From Terriglobia bacterium (GTDB lineage Bacteria > Acidobacteriota > Terriglobia > JAJPHL01 > JAPKYU01), in contig CBDBKE010000003.1 of the NCBI GenBank assembly GCA_965206645.1, positions 480,001-544,000 of the forward strand: a DNA stretch of 64,000 nucleotides, given 5' to 3'. The position numbers were made by a program, and so were the translations under genes. Shown piece after piece: positions 21,758 to 34,000 of this stretch (within the stretch, counting starts at the first letter, position 1; each line of letters begins with the position of its first letter). The notes beneath the pieces are model-generated. The model did not search any database and was not told the DNA's origin. It was given only the letters and a program-made list of their open reading frames with translations.

Positions 21758-21833
21758 TGGTTTCTCCTGTGTTTCAAATCTAGCAGTTGGTACTGGCCGC
21801 CAAGCTAAGGGCGGGGCCGCTTAGCAACGCCAT

Positions 21834-21862
21834 AGTATAATATATGCGCAAATCACTGTCAA
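21834..21862 (-). promoter_or_regulatory. near-consensus sigma70 promoter of dnaK-dnaJ-hspR
   Basis: Minus strand TTGACA-17 bp-TATACT. Confidence 0.8.
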
Positions 21863-22034
21863 GTACTAGATGTAGTGTTTATCTACAGTAACTTGCAAGC
21901 ACATTAGTTCCTTCTATAGGGTCATTTTCGGACATGTTCTCGCAATACGACTTCTTCCTGAAGTGTGGCAAGCTAGCCGAAGTGACAAGCCCGGTTTGGA
22001 AAGGCCCCTCAAGACGTGCCTTGCCCGCCCCTAC

Positions 22035-22961
22035 TCAAGATCTGCTTGACCGGCGTAAGTGCTCCCAACCCTGCGGTGACAATTTTTCTCTGCGACCGTC
22101 TGGGTGCAAAAGCGAGATTCCAGTTGTTTTAGTAATGCGGCCGATATGGGTCAGGGGAATGCCCGCCAAAGTGCGAGGTACCCTAGCCGCCCGGTCGGGG
22201 GCCATAGAGAACAGAAGCTCGTAGTCTTCACCACCGTGGAGAGCCTGCTTTACGGATCCGGAACGTGGCAGACGTATCAACTCAACTTCCGCTCCAGTGC
22301 CGCTTTCCTTGGCCAAGTGGTTCAGGTCGGTCGAGAGACCATCGCTGAGGTCAATCATGGCAGAAGCCAAGCGGCGGCGGCGAAGGTGCTCGCCCAACAA
22401 GAGGCGTGGACGGATGGGTGGCAACGGCAGCCCCGAGTCGATCGCGCGCGCTGTGGCTCCCAGCCGCCCGGAAACAAACAGGGCGTCGCCGGGCCGTGCG
22501 CCGGAGCGCAAGACCGCCGTGCCTCGCGGCACGCTTCCGCAGAGGATCGCGTCTGCCAGGAAGATTGTCGAGCCGGAGGAACCGGTATCTCCCCCGACCA
22601 AAAACACCCGATACTGGCGCGCCGCCGCGGCAAACCCTCGCAGGAACCTGCGCGCCCAGGCCGAATCAAACTCTTGGGGCAGCCCCAGGGAGAGAAAAGC
22701 CCAATGAGGTCGGCCACCCATGGCCGAGATGTCACTGAGCGCACGCCCTAGCGCCCGCCGACCCGCTGCATGCGCCGATAGCCAATCGCTTTGGAAATGC
22801 ACTCCCTCGACGAACAGATCTGTGGTCACAATCAGATCCCGGTCGCGGGGAAGACGTAACACGGCGGCATCGTCACCAATGCCCACGATGGTACTTCCCA
22901 CTGCGGGTCTTCCGGTTCTAAGACGTCGCAGAAGGGCAATGATTTGTTGCTCAGTCCGCAT
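22035..22961 (-). CDS. thiL: thiamine-monophosphate kinase
   Basis: GIGDDAA, EGVHF, SDISAMGG, GGDT, IDLSDGL and GGEDYELL. Confidence 0.93.
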   Translation of the reverse strand: MRTEQQIIALLRRLRTGRPAVGSTIVGIGDDAAVLRLPRDRDLIVTTDLFVEGVHFQSDWLSAHAAGRRALGRALSDISAMGGRPHWAFLSLGLPQEFDSAWARRFLRGFAAAARQYRVFLVGGDTGSSGSTIFLADAILCGSVPRGTAVLRSGARPGDALFVSGRLGATARAIDSGLPLPPIRPRLLLGEHLRRRRLASAMIDLSDGLSTDLNHLAKESGTGAEVELIRLPRSGSVKQALHGGEDYELLFSMAPDRAARVPRTLAGIPLTHIGRITKTTGISLLHPDGRREKLSPQGWEHLRRSSRS

Positions 22962-23013
22962 CTGAACTGCCAACAGAATTGGCGGTCACGCATCCCGTTG
23001 TGAAAATTCCGTG

Positions 23014-23043
23014 TTGACACACTTCTGGGCGCTTTGCTAAATT
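23014..23043 (+). promoter_or_regulatory. sigma70-type promoter of the M23 peptidase gene
   Basis: TTGACA-18 bp-TAAATT with extended TG. Confidence 0.5.
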
Positions 23044-23130
23044 GGCGCCACTTTCGGCGGAAGAAGGCCTGGGTTCGAGAGTACGTGCGCTATAAGGAGA
23101 ATCTGCGCGACTCCCCCTAGGAGTGCTGAT

Positions 23131-23979
23131 TTGCGAAATACTTATTATATCTTTGTAGTAGCACACAGCATTCGTGGTCGGATCCGACGCATCCATATCC
23201 CACACTACTTTGTGTACTTCTGCGGCCTGCTTGCGCTGGTCAGCCTGTTCACCGTGCTGGCTGCCTTCGGCTCTTACACACGAATGCTGCTGAAGGTGGT
23301 CAGCTACAACCATATGCGTATGGAGATGGAGGCGCTTAGACAGAAATTCAACAACCTCCAGGCCAAGATGGACCAGACTCAAGTTCAGCTAACCTCCCTC
23401 CAAGACCTTGCCGGCGAAGTCTCGGTTGCCTATGGCATCCGGCGAGGCGGCAATGGAAGTCTACCGGTAGCTGCTGAGACAGAGAAGACTTTTGGAGCGA
23501 CGGCAAAGCACTACCAGTTCCTGTTACGTGCCTCCTACTTCGTACTCCCATACCGACATGAGTTTTTACAAGGGCGCACCGTGAGTACCGGATTGCCGCT
23601 GGACTGGCCTTTGAAGGGCAGGCTAACGGGAAGCTTCGGGGATCGGTTGGATCCCTTCAATGGAGAAGGGTCGTTCCACGCCGGGGTAGACATCGCCACC
23701 TCTTATGGGGCGCCGGTCCGAGCCGCCGCCGACGGTGTCGTACTTAGTACCTCTTGGGAATCTGGGTATGGCAGGGCAGTCATGCTAGCTCACGGTCGCG
23801 GCGTACGCACTATGTATGCGCACCTGGCGGGGTTCAATGTCGCCTCGGGACAGGTGGTGCTGGCGGGCGATACTATTGGCTTTGTGGGACGTAGCGGTCG
23901 TTCCACCGGCCCCCACCTTCATTACGAAGTGCGGATTCAGGATACTCCGGTGAATCCCACGCGGTTCCTTGGGGACTAG
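23131..23979 (+). CDS. M23 family metallopeptidase with N-terminal TM/coiled coil
   Basis: HAGVD, YAHL and STGPHLHYEV motifs. Confidence 0.92.
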   Translation: MRNTYYIFVVAHSIRGRIRRIHIPHYFVYFCGLLALVSLFTVLAAFGSYTRMLLKVVSYNHMRMEMEALRQKFNNLQAKMDQTQVQLTSLQDLAGEVSVAYGIRRGGNGSLPVAAETEKTFGATAKHYQFLLRASYFVLPYRHEFLQGRTVSTGLPLDWPLKGRLTGSFGDRLDPFNGEGSFHAGVDIATSYGAPVRAAADGVVLSTSWESGYGRAVMLAHGRGVRTMYAHLAGFNVASGQVVLAGDTIGFVGRSGRSTGPHLHYEVRIQDTPVNPTRFLGD

Positions 23980-24062
23980 ACTCGGTCCCAGCTTTTCTGA
24001 CCGTTCGACCAGCAGCGCCGACTCCCCTGGAATCCTCCTTCGAAGGTGACCTCCCAGTAGGT

Positions 24063-25121
24063 CTATCTTGCTGGAACGGCATGGGCAGGAACGGCATGGG
24101 AGGCCGGCTGCGGCGAACCCGACTCCCGGAGCAGCCGCTCCAGCGATTCCGCCTCCAAGTCCCAGCGCACCACGGCCGCATTTTTCTCCACCGCAATGGA
24201 GATGCGCTCAAGGGCGCTTGCTACTTCCGCTCCCCGCCCACTCTCATCTTCGCGTGCAGCGAGCGCCACCAGCAGGGTCCGCAGACCCAAAAGGGACCTA
24301 GCCACCTCCTGTGCGCCCTCGCCGGAATCACATTCGGCCACCATATGGAAATTCACCTGTTGCTCTCCAACGCGCACAGCCAGCAAGCCCATCCGGCTGC
24401 CACGAAGCAACTCGATGCCTAGACTGGTCCCGGGGGAGCCAACTCCGACGGGCATCCTCCACTGCCCGAGCCGTTGCAAATCCGCGGCCACCCACACATG
24501 GATTCCCGCCGGCAGGTGGTCCAGCACCCGGAGTTCTTGAAGGCGATCTTCCAAGTCGGGCGCCTCCCGTTCGGCCAGCTCGACCATCTTCCTCATGGGC
24601 CACTGGTCGGGGGCATTGGAAAAAGCAAGTCGTCCCGGAGCCAGGAAGGCCAGGCGAAATGTTCTTCCAGAGGGGCCGGTGAACAAGTTTATGCTGTGCC
24701 CCAGGTGGGCGATGGTGCTCTGCCGGTGTTGGCGGCTGTAGTGCTCCACCTTTTGCCGGTTGAAACGGCCCTGCAGGAGGGCATGAACCACTCGCGCCCC
24801 CTCTGGGCCGGAAATTCCTAGCGAGACCGAGTCCAGATCACGCTCGAAGTCAAACCCGGTAGCTCGCACGAATTCCGAGTATTCCCGCTCCAGTTGTGGC
24901 GGCTCTTGGCCCTCAAGCAGCCGGCGGACCATCGGGTTGTTCCGGAGCCCGGCCAGGTCCAGGTTGATGGCGACTGTCGAACCGGGTGGAAGATAGCGGA
25001 AGGAGCGCAAGGCCTTCTGGCTGCCCGCCTCTATGTACCACCAAACCAGGGCGGCTGCGGCACCGGCTACGACAATGGCTGCGGGCAACAGGACCACCAA
25101 CGCTCTGCGGGGCAGCGGCAA
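24063..25121 (-). CDS. hypothetical membrane-anchored protein
   Basis: 352-aa ORF with one N-terminal TM helix and a YLP...TGFDFERDLD pattern. Confidence 0.65.
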   Translation of the reverse strand: MPLPRRALVVLLPAAIVVAGAAAALVWWYIEAGSQKALRSFRYLPPGSTVAINLDLAGLRNNPMVRRLLEGQEPPQLEREYSEFVRATGFDFERDLDSVSLGISGPEGARVVHALLQGRFNRQKVEHYSRQHRQSTIAHLGHSINLFTGPSGRTFRLAFLAPGRLAFSNAPDQWPMRKMVELAEREAPDLEDRLQELRVLDHLPAGIHVWVAADLQRLGQWRMPVGVGSPGTSLGIELLRGSRMGLLAVRVGEQQVNFHMVAECDSGEGAQEVARSLLGLRTLLVALAAREDESGRGAEVASALERISIAVEKNAAVVRWDLEAESLERLLRESGSPQPASHAVPAHAVPAR

Positions 25122-25316
25122 AAAAAATGCTTCCCTCTTTCCGGAATCTTGCGGTAGAATTCTACCTGAACCCGATGGACCAGGCTACCCCGCCTGGGAG
25201 GGTTTCGTGCCAAGGGGGGCCTGCGGCTTCCAGCACAAAGGTAAGCAATCCGGGCGCCACAGAGGTGTGGCTGCGGCAATCGAAGGCCGTTTTGGTAACG
25301 TATCGAGTTTCCACGG

Positions 25317-25392
25317 GCTGGCGTAGCTCAGTTGGTAGAGCATCTGATTTGTAATCAGAGGGTCAGGGGTTCGAATCCCTTCGCCAGCTCCA
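25317..25392 (+). tRNA. tRNA-Thr (TGT)
   Basis: Cloverleaf, stem CTGAT/ATCAG around TTGTA, TTCGAAT, 3' CCA. Confidence 0.96.
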
Positions 25393-25504
25393 TGCGCCAG
25401 GCCGTGGAGGCCAGCAGGCTGCAGCAGGCTTGTTGCTCGGCGGAGGCAGGGCTGTCGATTGGCTGTGGGAGCATTGAGCGGAGAGAGCAAAGAGGGGTAG
25501 CTGG

Positions 25505-25579
25505 GCGGGAGTAACTCAGTGGTAGAGTCACAGCCTTCCAAGCTGTTGGTCGCGGGTTCGATCCCCGTCTCCCGCTCCA
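25505..25579 (+). tRNA. tRNA-Gly (TCC)
   Basis: Cloverleaf, anticodon loop CTTCCAA, 3' CCA. Confidence 0.96.
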
Positions 25580-25611
25580 ACGATTCCCGTTCGTGCCGAA
25601 GGGGGAGGTCG

Positions 25612-25687
<76 letters not shown>

Positions 25688-25731
25688 GGTTCTAACGAGA
25701 GGGGCGAACCACGACAGCGATTTCAGTGCAC

Positions 25732-25820
25732 GGACAGGTGGCCGAGTGGTTAAAGGCAGCAGGCTGTAAATCTGCCGCCCCTTGCGGGCTACGGAGGTTC
25801 GAATCCTCCCCTGTCCACCA
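25732..25820 (+). tRNA. tRNA-Tyr (GTA)
   Basis: Loop CTGTAAA, long variable arm, 3' ACCA. Confidence 0.95.
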
Positions 25821-26011
25821 GCTTGCTGACTCAGGTGCCAAGCTGATTCCTTTGTGGCTGCTACCGATGTCGGTACTGTAGTGCCGAGGCAACCTACTGG
25901 TGGTGTGCAAGTTTTTTGATGCGATTCTTTCTGCGGTTCGGGTGCAGGGTTAACCCCTGAAACTTTATTGTTCCAGGCGGCAAGTCCTAGGAACGAGGAG
26001 TCGAGGCGACG

Positions 26012-27199
<1,188 letters not shown>

Positions 27200-27211
27200 G
27201 GAGCCACTGCC

Positions 27212-27364
27212 ATGCCGCGCGACATTGTCACCTTGCAGTGCATGGATTGCAAGAATCGCAACTACACGACAACCAAGAATAAGAAGAAGACCCCTGATCG
27301 GTTGCAGTTCAAGAAGTTCTGTCGCACGTGCCGGCACCACACGGCGCACAGGGAAGTCAAATAG
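27212..27364 (+). CDS. rpmG: 50S ribosomal protein L33 (Zn-binding type)
   Basis: Read by hand: [50 protein letters not shown]; SD AAGGAG. Confidence 0.95.
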   Translation: MPRDIVTLQCMDCKNRNYTTTKNKKKTPDRLQFKKFCRTCRHHTAHREVK

Positions 27365-27421
27365 GTTTCGGGTTTCGGATTGCAGATCGAGGAAGGGCGC
27401 GAATAGATCCGCGATGGAAAC

Positions 27422-27496
27422 AGGGGCGTAGGTTCAACGGTAGACCGCCGGTCTCCAAAACCGGTTGTGGGGGTTCGAATCCCTCCGCCCCTGCCA
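27422..27496 (+). tRNA. tRNA-Trp (CCA)
   Basis: Anticodon loop CTCCAAA, 3' GCCA, lies between rpmG and secE. Confidence 0.95.
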
Positions 27497-27560
27497 GTTT
27501 TGCAGGGGGCTTGATGTAATCCACCAGCGTCGGTTTCGGGCGCGCTGACGCGGAAGGCAG

Positions 27561-27851
27561 ATGAAGCAAACCAAGATGCGTACGGCGACCGGGGTCGTCC
27601 GGGAAGTCCGCCACGAGGGAGGCATTATGGGCCTCTTGGACACCGTGCGGTCCTGGCCTGGTCGGATTTCGGGTTTCATCCATGACACGCGCCTGGAGTT
27701 GAAACGAGTCACCTGGCCGGAGCGAAAGCAGGTGCAGGCCACCACCGTTGTGGTGATCGTGACCGTGTTTTTCTTCGGCTTTTATCTGTATTTGGCCGAC
27801 GTTGTTTTTAGGCGCCTGATTGAGCAGGTATTCCAGAGGTTCCGAGGTTAG
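27561..27851 (+). CDS. secE: preprotein translocase subunit SecE
   Basis: ELKRVTWP motif plus one TM helix; start uncertain. Confidence 0.92.
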   Translation: MKQTKMRTATGVVREVRHEGGIMGLLDTVRSWPGRISGFIHDTRLELKRVTWPERKQVQATTVVVIVTVFFFGFYLYLADVVFRRLIEQVFQRFRG

Positions 27852-27853
27852 AC

Positions 27854-28468
27854 GTGGGCGAGCCAGAGCAAGAGCAGGTACAGTCGCAGGAACCGCAAGA
27901 GGAGCAGGCGCGCCAGCCGGTCTCGGCTGTGCCGACCGGCAACAAGCAGTGGTTCATCATCCACAGCTACTCGGGCTTTGAGCGCAAGGTGGCCGAGAGC
28001 CTGCGCAGTCGCGTGCAGGCCTTCGGGTTGGATGAGCAGATCGGGCGGATCGAGATTCCGATGGAAACAGTGGCCGAGCGCCGCGCGGGAAAAACGGTGC
28101 AGACGCAGCGCCTGTTTTACCCCGGCTACGTGCTGGTGGAAATGGAAATGAGCGACGACCTCTGGCACCTGGTGAAGGCGACCCCCCGGGTGACCGGGTT
28201 TGTCGGCACGGGCCAGACGCCGACTCCGCTGTCCCCGGAGGAAGTGGACCAGATCCTGAACCGGGCCGCTATCTCGGCTGAGAAGCCGCAGCCGAAACTT
28301 AGCTTTGAGAAGAACGAAACGGTGAGGATCACGGAGGGGCCGTTTTCCAACTTCACCGGGGTGGTGGATGAGATCAACGCGGACCGCAACACGGTGCGGG
28401 TGCTGGTCACCATCTTTGGCCGCGCGACGCCCGTCGAGCTGGAATTCTTGCACGTGGAGAAACTATAG
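27854..28468 (+). CDS. nusG: transcription factor NusG
   Basis: [23 protein letters not shown] domain and [10 protein letters not shown]. Confidence 0.97.
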   Translation: MGEPEQEQVQSQEPQEEQARQPVSAVPTGNKQWFIIHSYSGFERKVAESLRSRVQAFGLDEQIGRIEIPMETVAERRAGKTVQTQRLFYPGYVLVEMEMSDDLWHLVKATPRVTGFVGTGQTPTPLSPEEVDQILNRAAISAEKPQPKLSFEKNETVRITEGPFSNFTGVVDEINADRNTVRVLVTIFGRATPVELEFLHVEKL

Positions 28469-28489
28469 AAGCGGGACTGGTGGTGAGAC

Positions 28490-28936
28490 ATGGCAGTGGC
28501 GACACCCAGAGGTAAGAGGGTTGCGGCGCGAATAAAAGTCCTGATTCCGGCCGGCAAAGCGACGCCGGCCCCGCCGGTGGGGCCGGCCCTGGGCCAGCAC
28601 GGGGTCAACATTATGGATTTCTGCAAGGCGTTCAACGCCAAGACTTCGGCCAAGGAGATGGAGGGTCTGATCATCCCCGTGGTCATGACGGTGTACGGGG
28701 ACCGCTCGTACACGTTTGTGACCAAAACGCCGCCGGCCTCGGTGTTGTTGAAGCGCGCAGCCGGAATCGCCAAGGGCTCCGGCGAACCCAACCGGAGCAA
28801 GGTGGGCCAGGTGACGGAGAAGGACGTAGAGGAGATTGCGCGCGCCAAGCTCCCGGACCTGAACGCGGCTTCGTTGGAAGCAGCCATTCGCAGCGTCAAA
28901 GGGACCGCTCGCAGCATGGGCATCGAGATCGAGTAG
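28490..28936 (+). CDS. rplK: 50S ribosomal protein L11
   Basis: [15 protein letters not shown] and GTARSMG. Confidence 0.98.
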   Translation: MAVATPRGKRVAARIKVLIPAGKATPAPPVGPALGQHGVNIMDFCKAFNAKTSAKEMEGLIIPVVMTVYGDRSYTFVTKTPPASVLLKRAAGIAKGSGEPNRSKVGQVTEKDVEEIARAKLPDLNAASLEAAIRSVKGTARSMGIEIE

Positions 28937-28956
28937 CGCTGAGTAAAGAATCGCTT

Positions 28957-29661
28957 ATGCCCAACCATCGCCAAGGTAAGAACTACGTGAAGGCCCGCCA
29001 GCAAGTGGAAGCCCGAACGTACAAGCTGGAAGAAGCTGTTCCGTTGCTGAAGAAGATCCGGTACGCCAAGTTCGACGAAACCGTGGAGGTGGCGTTGCGG
29101 CTGGGGGTCGATCCGAAACACGCCGACCAGATGGTGCGGGGAACGGTGGTATTGCCGCACGGGCTGGGCAGGTCCAAGCGCGTGCTGGCGATCGCCTCCG
29201 GCGAGAAAGTACGCGAAGCTGAGGAAGCCGGCGCCGACTGGGTGGGGGGCGATGATGTGGTCACCAAGATCCAGCAAGGCTGGCTAGGGTTTGAGGCGGT
29301 CGTCGCCACCCCGGACATGATGAAGTCGGTCGGCAAACTGGGCAAGCTGCTCGGACCCCGCGGCCTGATGCCCAACCCGAAGACCGGCACGGTGACCTTC
29401 GAGGTGGCGCGCGCCGTTCGTGAGATCAAGGCCGGCAAGGTGGAATTCCGCACTGACAAAACCGGTGTCATCCACGCGCCGGTCGGCAAGATCTCGTTCG
29501 AGACAGATAAACTGGTAGAAAATGCCGGCACCCTGATTAGCAGCGTCATCAAAGCCAAGCCGGCTGCGGCCAAAGGCAAGTACGTTCGCAGCGTCACCCT
29601 GTCGGCGACGATGACTCCTGGGATTTCACTTGACGTAGCGGTGCTGGAAGCTGGGCCTTAG
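28957..29661 (+). CDS. rplA: 50S ribosomal protein L1
   Basis: KFDETVE and [14 protein letters not shown]. Confidence 0.98.
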   Translation: MPNHRQGKNYVKARQQVEARTYKLEEAVPLLKKIRYAKFDETVEVALRLGVDPKHADQMVRGTVVLPHGLGRSKRVLAIASGEKVREAEEAGADWVGGDDVVTKIQQGWLGFEAVVATPDMMKSVGKLGKLLGPRGLMPNPKTGTVTFEVARAVREIKAGKVEFRTDKTGVIHAPVGKISFETDKLVENAGTLISSVIKAKPAAAKGKYVRSVTLSATMTPGISLDVAVLEAGP

Positions 29662-29775
29662 CGCTGCGCGGTCTCGCAACCCGGTGGGTTTCCAAAGGCC
29701 TTACAGGAGACCGGTCGTGGATGAAGGTAGGGCGAGTGGCCCAGAAGAGTCGGAGCTGATCGAGCAGCGTCAACA
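29662..29775 (+). promoter_or_regulatory. possible L10 leader region
   Basis: Position between rplA and rplJ only; structure not verified. Confidence 0.3.
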
Positions 29776-30303
29776 ATGAAGAACCGCGAGCAGAAACGGA
29801 AGGAAGTGGAAGGGCTGAGGGCGGACCTGGAAAACATGCCCAACGTACTGGTCTCGGAGTTTTCCAAGATCACCGTTGCTCAGGAGTACGAATTGCGCAA
29901 GCAGGTGCGCACGGCGGGGGGCAGATATCGGGTGGTCAAGAACACAGTGGCCGAGCTGGCGGCGCGAGGGACTTCTGCCGAAAGCGCTCTGAAGAACCTG
30001 GTGGGCCCCACCGCTGTGGCATACACCGAGAAGGATCCGGTGGCGCTGGCCAAAATCCTGGTCGCCTACGCCAAAGCGAATCCCTCATTCGTCTTCAAGG
30101 CCGGTGTGGTAGAGGGCCGCGCGGTCTCCATTCAGGAAATTGCCGAGCTGGCCGCTCTTCCGGGCAGGGAAGAGCTGATCCTACGAGTGCTCTACATGTT
30201 GAACGCACCGGCCCGGGGAGTGGCGTCTGCAGTCACAGCGGTCGCCCGCAGTCTGGCGTCGGTGGTCAATCAGGCTGTCGAGGCCAACAAGTTTGCCGCA
30301 TAA
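29776..30303 (+). CDS. rplJ: 50S ribosomal protein L10
   Basis: YRVVKNT, GPTAVAY and ALPGREEL; operon context. Confidence 0.96.
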   Translation: MKNREQKRKEVEGLRADLENMPNVLVSEFSKITVAQEYELRKQVRTAGGRYRVVKNTVAELAARGTSAESALKNLVGPTAVAYTEKDPVALAKILVAYAKANPSFVFKAGVVEGRAVSIQEIAELAALPGREELILRVLYMLNAPARGVASAVTAVARSLASVVNQAVEANKFAA

Positions 30304-30366
30304 CTAGGCAGTTCCAACGCAGTGATTTGGTCGCACTTGCGACCATGCACCTTTTGAGGAGAAGAG

Positions 30367-30768
30367 ATGCCGGAGAAGATTGAAAACGAGAAGATTGACA
30401 ACATCGTAGAACAGGTCAAGGCCCTTTCCTTGCTGGAGGCCTCGCAGTTGGTGAAGCGGTTGGAAGAGACGTTTGGCGTCTCGGCCGCCGCCGCTCAGAT
30501 GGCGGCACCTGGGGTCGGCCCGGGCGGTCCCTCGGCGGCGCCTGCGGTCGAAGAGCAGACCGAGTTCAACGTCATCCTGACCGCGGTGGGAGCTAATAAG
30601 ATCGGCGTCATTAAAGCGGTGCGCGAAGTCACCAGCCTGGGTCTGAAGGAAGCCAAGGACCTAGTGGACAATGCTCCCAAGCCCATCAAGGAAGAGGTTA
30701 CGAAAGAAGAGGCCGAGGGACTGAAGAAGAAGTTCACTGAGGCTGGGGCCACTGTTGAAGTCAAGTAA
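30367..30768 (+). CDS. rplL: 50S ribosomal protein L7/L12
   Basis: [17 protein letters not shown] and GLKEAKDLV. Confidence 0.98.
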   Translation: MPEKIENEKIDNIVEQVKALSLLEASQLVKRLEETFGVSAAAAQMAAPGVGPGGPSAAPAVEEQTEFNVILTAVGANKIGVIKAVREVTSLGLKEAKDLVDNAPKPIKEEVTKEEAEGLKKKFTEAGATVEVK

Positions 30769-30798
30769 GCTGAAGTCAAGTAAGCTGAGGTCAAGTAA
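30756..30798 (+). repeat. 15-bp tandem repeat x3 spanning the rplL stop
   Basis: TGAAGTCAAGTAAGC x2 plus TGAGGTCAAGTAA. Confidence 0.9.
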
Positions 30799-30878
30799 AG
30801 GGTTTTCGTCCACGGTTGCGGTCTACTGTGTGACCGCAGCGCCGGGAGGTGCCCGGCGCTGCAGAGGCGACAGGGTTC

Positions 30879-30922
30879 GACTAATAGTTGACTAATAGTT
30901 GACTAATAGTTGACTGGTAGTT
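30879..30922 (+). repeat. 11-bp tandem repeat x4 upstream of rpoB
   Basis: GACTAATAGTT x3 plus GACTGGTAGTT. Confidence 0.9.
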
Positions 30923-31040
30923 GGCTGTGGCGTATTTCCCATTTGCGCGACGAGCATATCCGAGGGAGGAGTGTTCCCTTCCCTTGCCCGGTTCCGGTCG
31001 TGGTGGCGCCCCAGCTTCGGCGGCGGAGGAGATTTGAACT

Positions 31041-34000
31041 ATGCAGACTAGCTTGCACGGCCCGCACGAGCGGATTGATTTTTCCAAGATCGGCACCACG
31101 GTTCCCATCCCGAACCTGATCGAGGTCCAGAAGAAGTCCTACGACCGCTTCCTGCAGATGGACCGACTCCCCAGCGAGCGGGAGGACCTCGGGTTGCAGT
31201 CGGTGTTCAATTCCGTCTTTCCCATCACCGATTTCCGCGGCATCTCGTCGCTGGAGTTCGTGGACTACTCGATCGGCAACTGGGAGTGCAAGTGCGGCAA
31301 CCTCAAGGGCCTGCACCACCTGCGCTCCACCTGCCAGAACTGCGCAGCCACCATCATCACCAATCCGTTTGCCATCGGGCAAGAAGTCCTGTGCTCTCGC
31401 TGTGGCACCTTCAACACCAACGTGGTCGCCTTCTGCAACAAGTGCGGGGATCCGGTCGGGTTGCAGTTGAAATACGACGTGGCCGAATGCCAGGAACGGG
31501 GCATGACTTACTCGGCACCGCTCAAGGTCACCATCCGGCTCACCATTTATGAGAAGGCCCCTGAAACCGGCGCGAAGAGCATCCGCGACATCAAAGAGCA
31601 GGAAGTGTTTTTCGGCGAGGTCCCGCTGATGACCGAAAACGGGACCTTCATCATCAACGGAACCGAGCGCGTCATCGTCAACCAGCTGCACCGCTCTCCC
31701 GGAGTCTTTTTTGATGTTGCCAACCAACGCACCTACTTTCTGGGCAAGATTATTCCTTACCGGGGCTCATGGGTGGAATTTGAATACGACGCCAAGAACC
31801 TGCTCTACGTACGCATTGACCGCAAGCGTAAGTTCCTGGGAACGATCTTCCTGCGCGCCCTGGGCCTGAAGAACGACGAGGAGATCCTGCGCTGCTTCTA
31901 CCAGGTGGAGCGGATCCGGCTTGAGGACAAGAAGCTATACTGGCAGGTTTCGGAAGGTCTGTTGGGTATGAAGCTTTCTCATCAGGTCCTGCAGCCCCGC
32001 AGCGGGGAAGTCCTGATGCACGCCGGCAGGAAAATCACGCCGCAGGTACTCAAGGAACTGCAGAAGGGCCGAGTGCAGCAGGTGGAGATTTCCCTCCACG
32101 ATCTGGAAGGGGCGTTCACGGTGGCCGACGTCGTGAACCAGGAGTCGGGCGAAGTCCTGGCGGAAGCCAACAGCGAGCTGACTTCCAATTTGCTCTCCAT
32201 TCTGCAAGATGCCAAGATTTCGGAGTTCAGCGTCTTGTTCCCTGAACGCGACGAGGTGGGTCCGGTCATCAGCCAGACCCTGAGGCGGGACATCATCAAG
32301 ACTTCGCAGGAGGCTCTGATCGAGATCTACCGGAAGCTGCGCCCGGGAGATCCGCCCACTCTGGAAACAGCCACCTCGCTGTTCCAAGGGATGTTCTTTG
32401 ACCCGCGCAAGTATGACTTTTCGCGGGTCGGGCGGTTGAAGTTGAACATCAAGTTGGGTGCAGATAGCTCCCTGGACAACCGCACCCTGGAGCAGGAGGA
32501 CTTCTTCGCCACCATCCGCTACCAGCTCAAGCTGCGCCGCAATATCGGCAGTGTGGATGACATTGACCATCTGGGCAACCGACGCGTGCGGGCGGTGGGT
32601 GAACTGCTGGAAAACCAGTTCCGCATCGGGCTGGTGCGCATGGAGCGGGCCATCAAGGAAAAGATGTCCGTCTACCAGGAGATCTCCACCGCGATGCCTC
32701 ACGACCTGGTCAACGCCAAGCCGGTGATGGCCGCCATCCGGGAGTTCTTTGGCTCCAGCCAGCTCTCTCAGTTCATGGACCAGACGAACCCGCTGTCGGA
32801 AATCACCCACAAGAGGCGCCTGTCAGCGCTGGGCCCGGGGGGCTTGAGTCGCGAGCGCGCGGGCTTCGAGGTGCGGGACGTGCATCCCACCCACTACGGC
32901 CGCATTTGCCCCATCGAAACCCCGGAAGGCCCCAACATTGGATTGATCTCCTCGCTGTCCTGCTATGCGCAGATCAACGAGTTTGGCTTTATTGAGAGCC
33001 CCTACCGCAAGGTGGAGAAGGGGCGAGCAGTGGATTACGTCACAATCATCAACGGGGGCGATACCGGCTTGAAGGTGGCTGAGCACGTCGAGAAGCGCAG
33101 GCTTGAAGAGAGCAACCGCGAGACGAAGGCGCGGCACAAGCGGGTGGCCGAGTATGAGCCGTACTGCTTCTACCTCTCCGCCTGGGAGGAGGACAAGTAC
33201 GTGATCGCCCAGGCCAACGTGGAGTTGGACGAGAACGGACGCATCGTGCCCGAATTGGTGAACGCGCGCCAAGCGGGCAATTTCGTGCTGAAGAGCCGCG
33301 ACGAAATCGACTTCATTGACATCAGCCCGAAGCAGCTGGTTTCGGTGGCGGCCTCGCTGGTCCCCTTCCTGGAGAATGACGACGCCAACCGTGCCCTGAT
33401 GGGTTCCAACATGCAGCGCCAGGCCGTGCCACTGCTGCGAGCCGATGCGCCCCTGGTGGGTACGGGGATGGAATACGTCACCGCCCGCGATTCCGGTGCA
33501 GTGGTGCTGTGCCGGCGCAACGGGACCGTGGAGACGGTGGACAGCGAACGGATCATCGTGCGCGCCGAAGGGGAAGGGGAGCCGGGCACCATGTCGGCCG
33601 CCATCCACGCCGACGTCTACCGACTCACCAAGTTCAAGCGCTCCAACCAGAACACCTGCATCAACCAGAAGCCCGTGGTGCGCCGGGGCGAGCGCGTCGG
33701 CAGGGGACAGGTGCTGGCCGACGGCCCCTGCACGCACCGCGGCGAGCTGGCCCTGGGCCGCAACATCCTGGTGGCCTTCATGCCCTGGCGCGGCTACAAC
33801 TTCGAAGACGCGATCGTGGTCAGCGAGAAGCTGGTCAAGGAAGACAACTTCACCTCGATCCACATCGAGGAGTACGAGATCGAGGCGCGGGATACCAAGC
33901 TGGGCCCCGAAGATATCACCCGCGACATCCCCAACATCGCGGAGACCTTCCTGCGCGACCTGGACGAGAGCGGGATCATTCGCACCGGCGCCACCATCAG

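Noticed and set aside
20453-21808. 451-aa ORF antisense to dnaK
   Set aside because: Familiar shadow ORF caused by codon bias in conserved GC-rich genes
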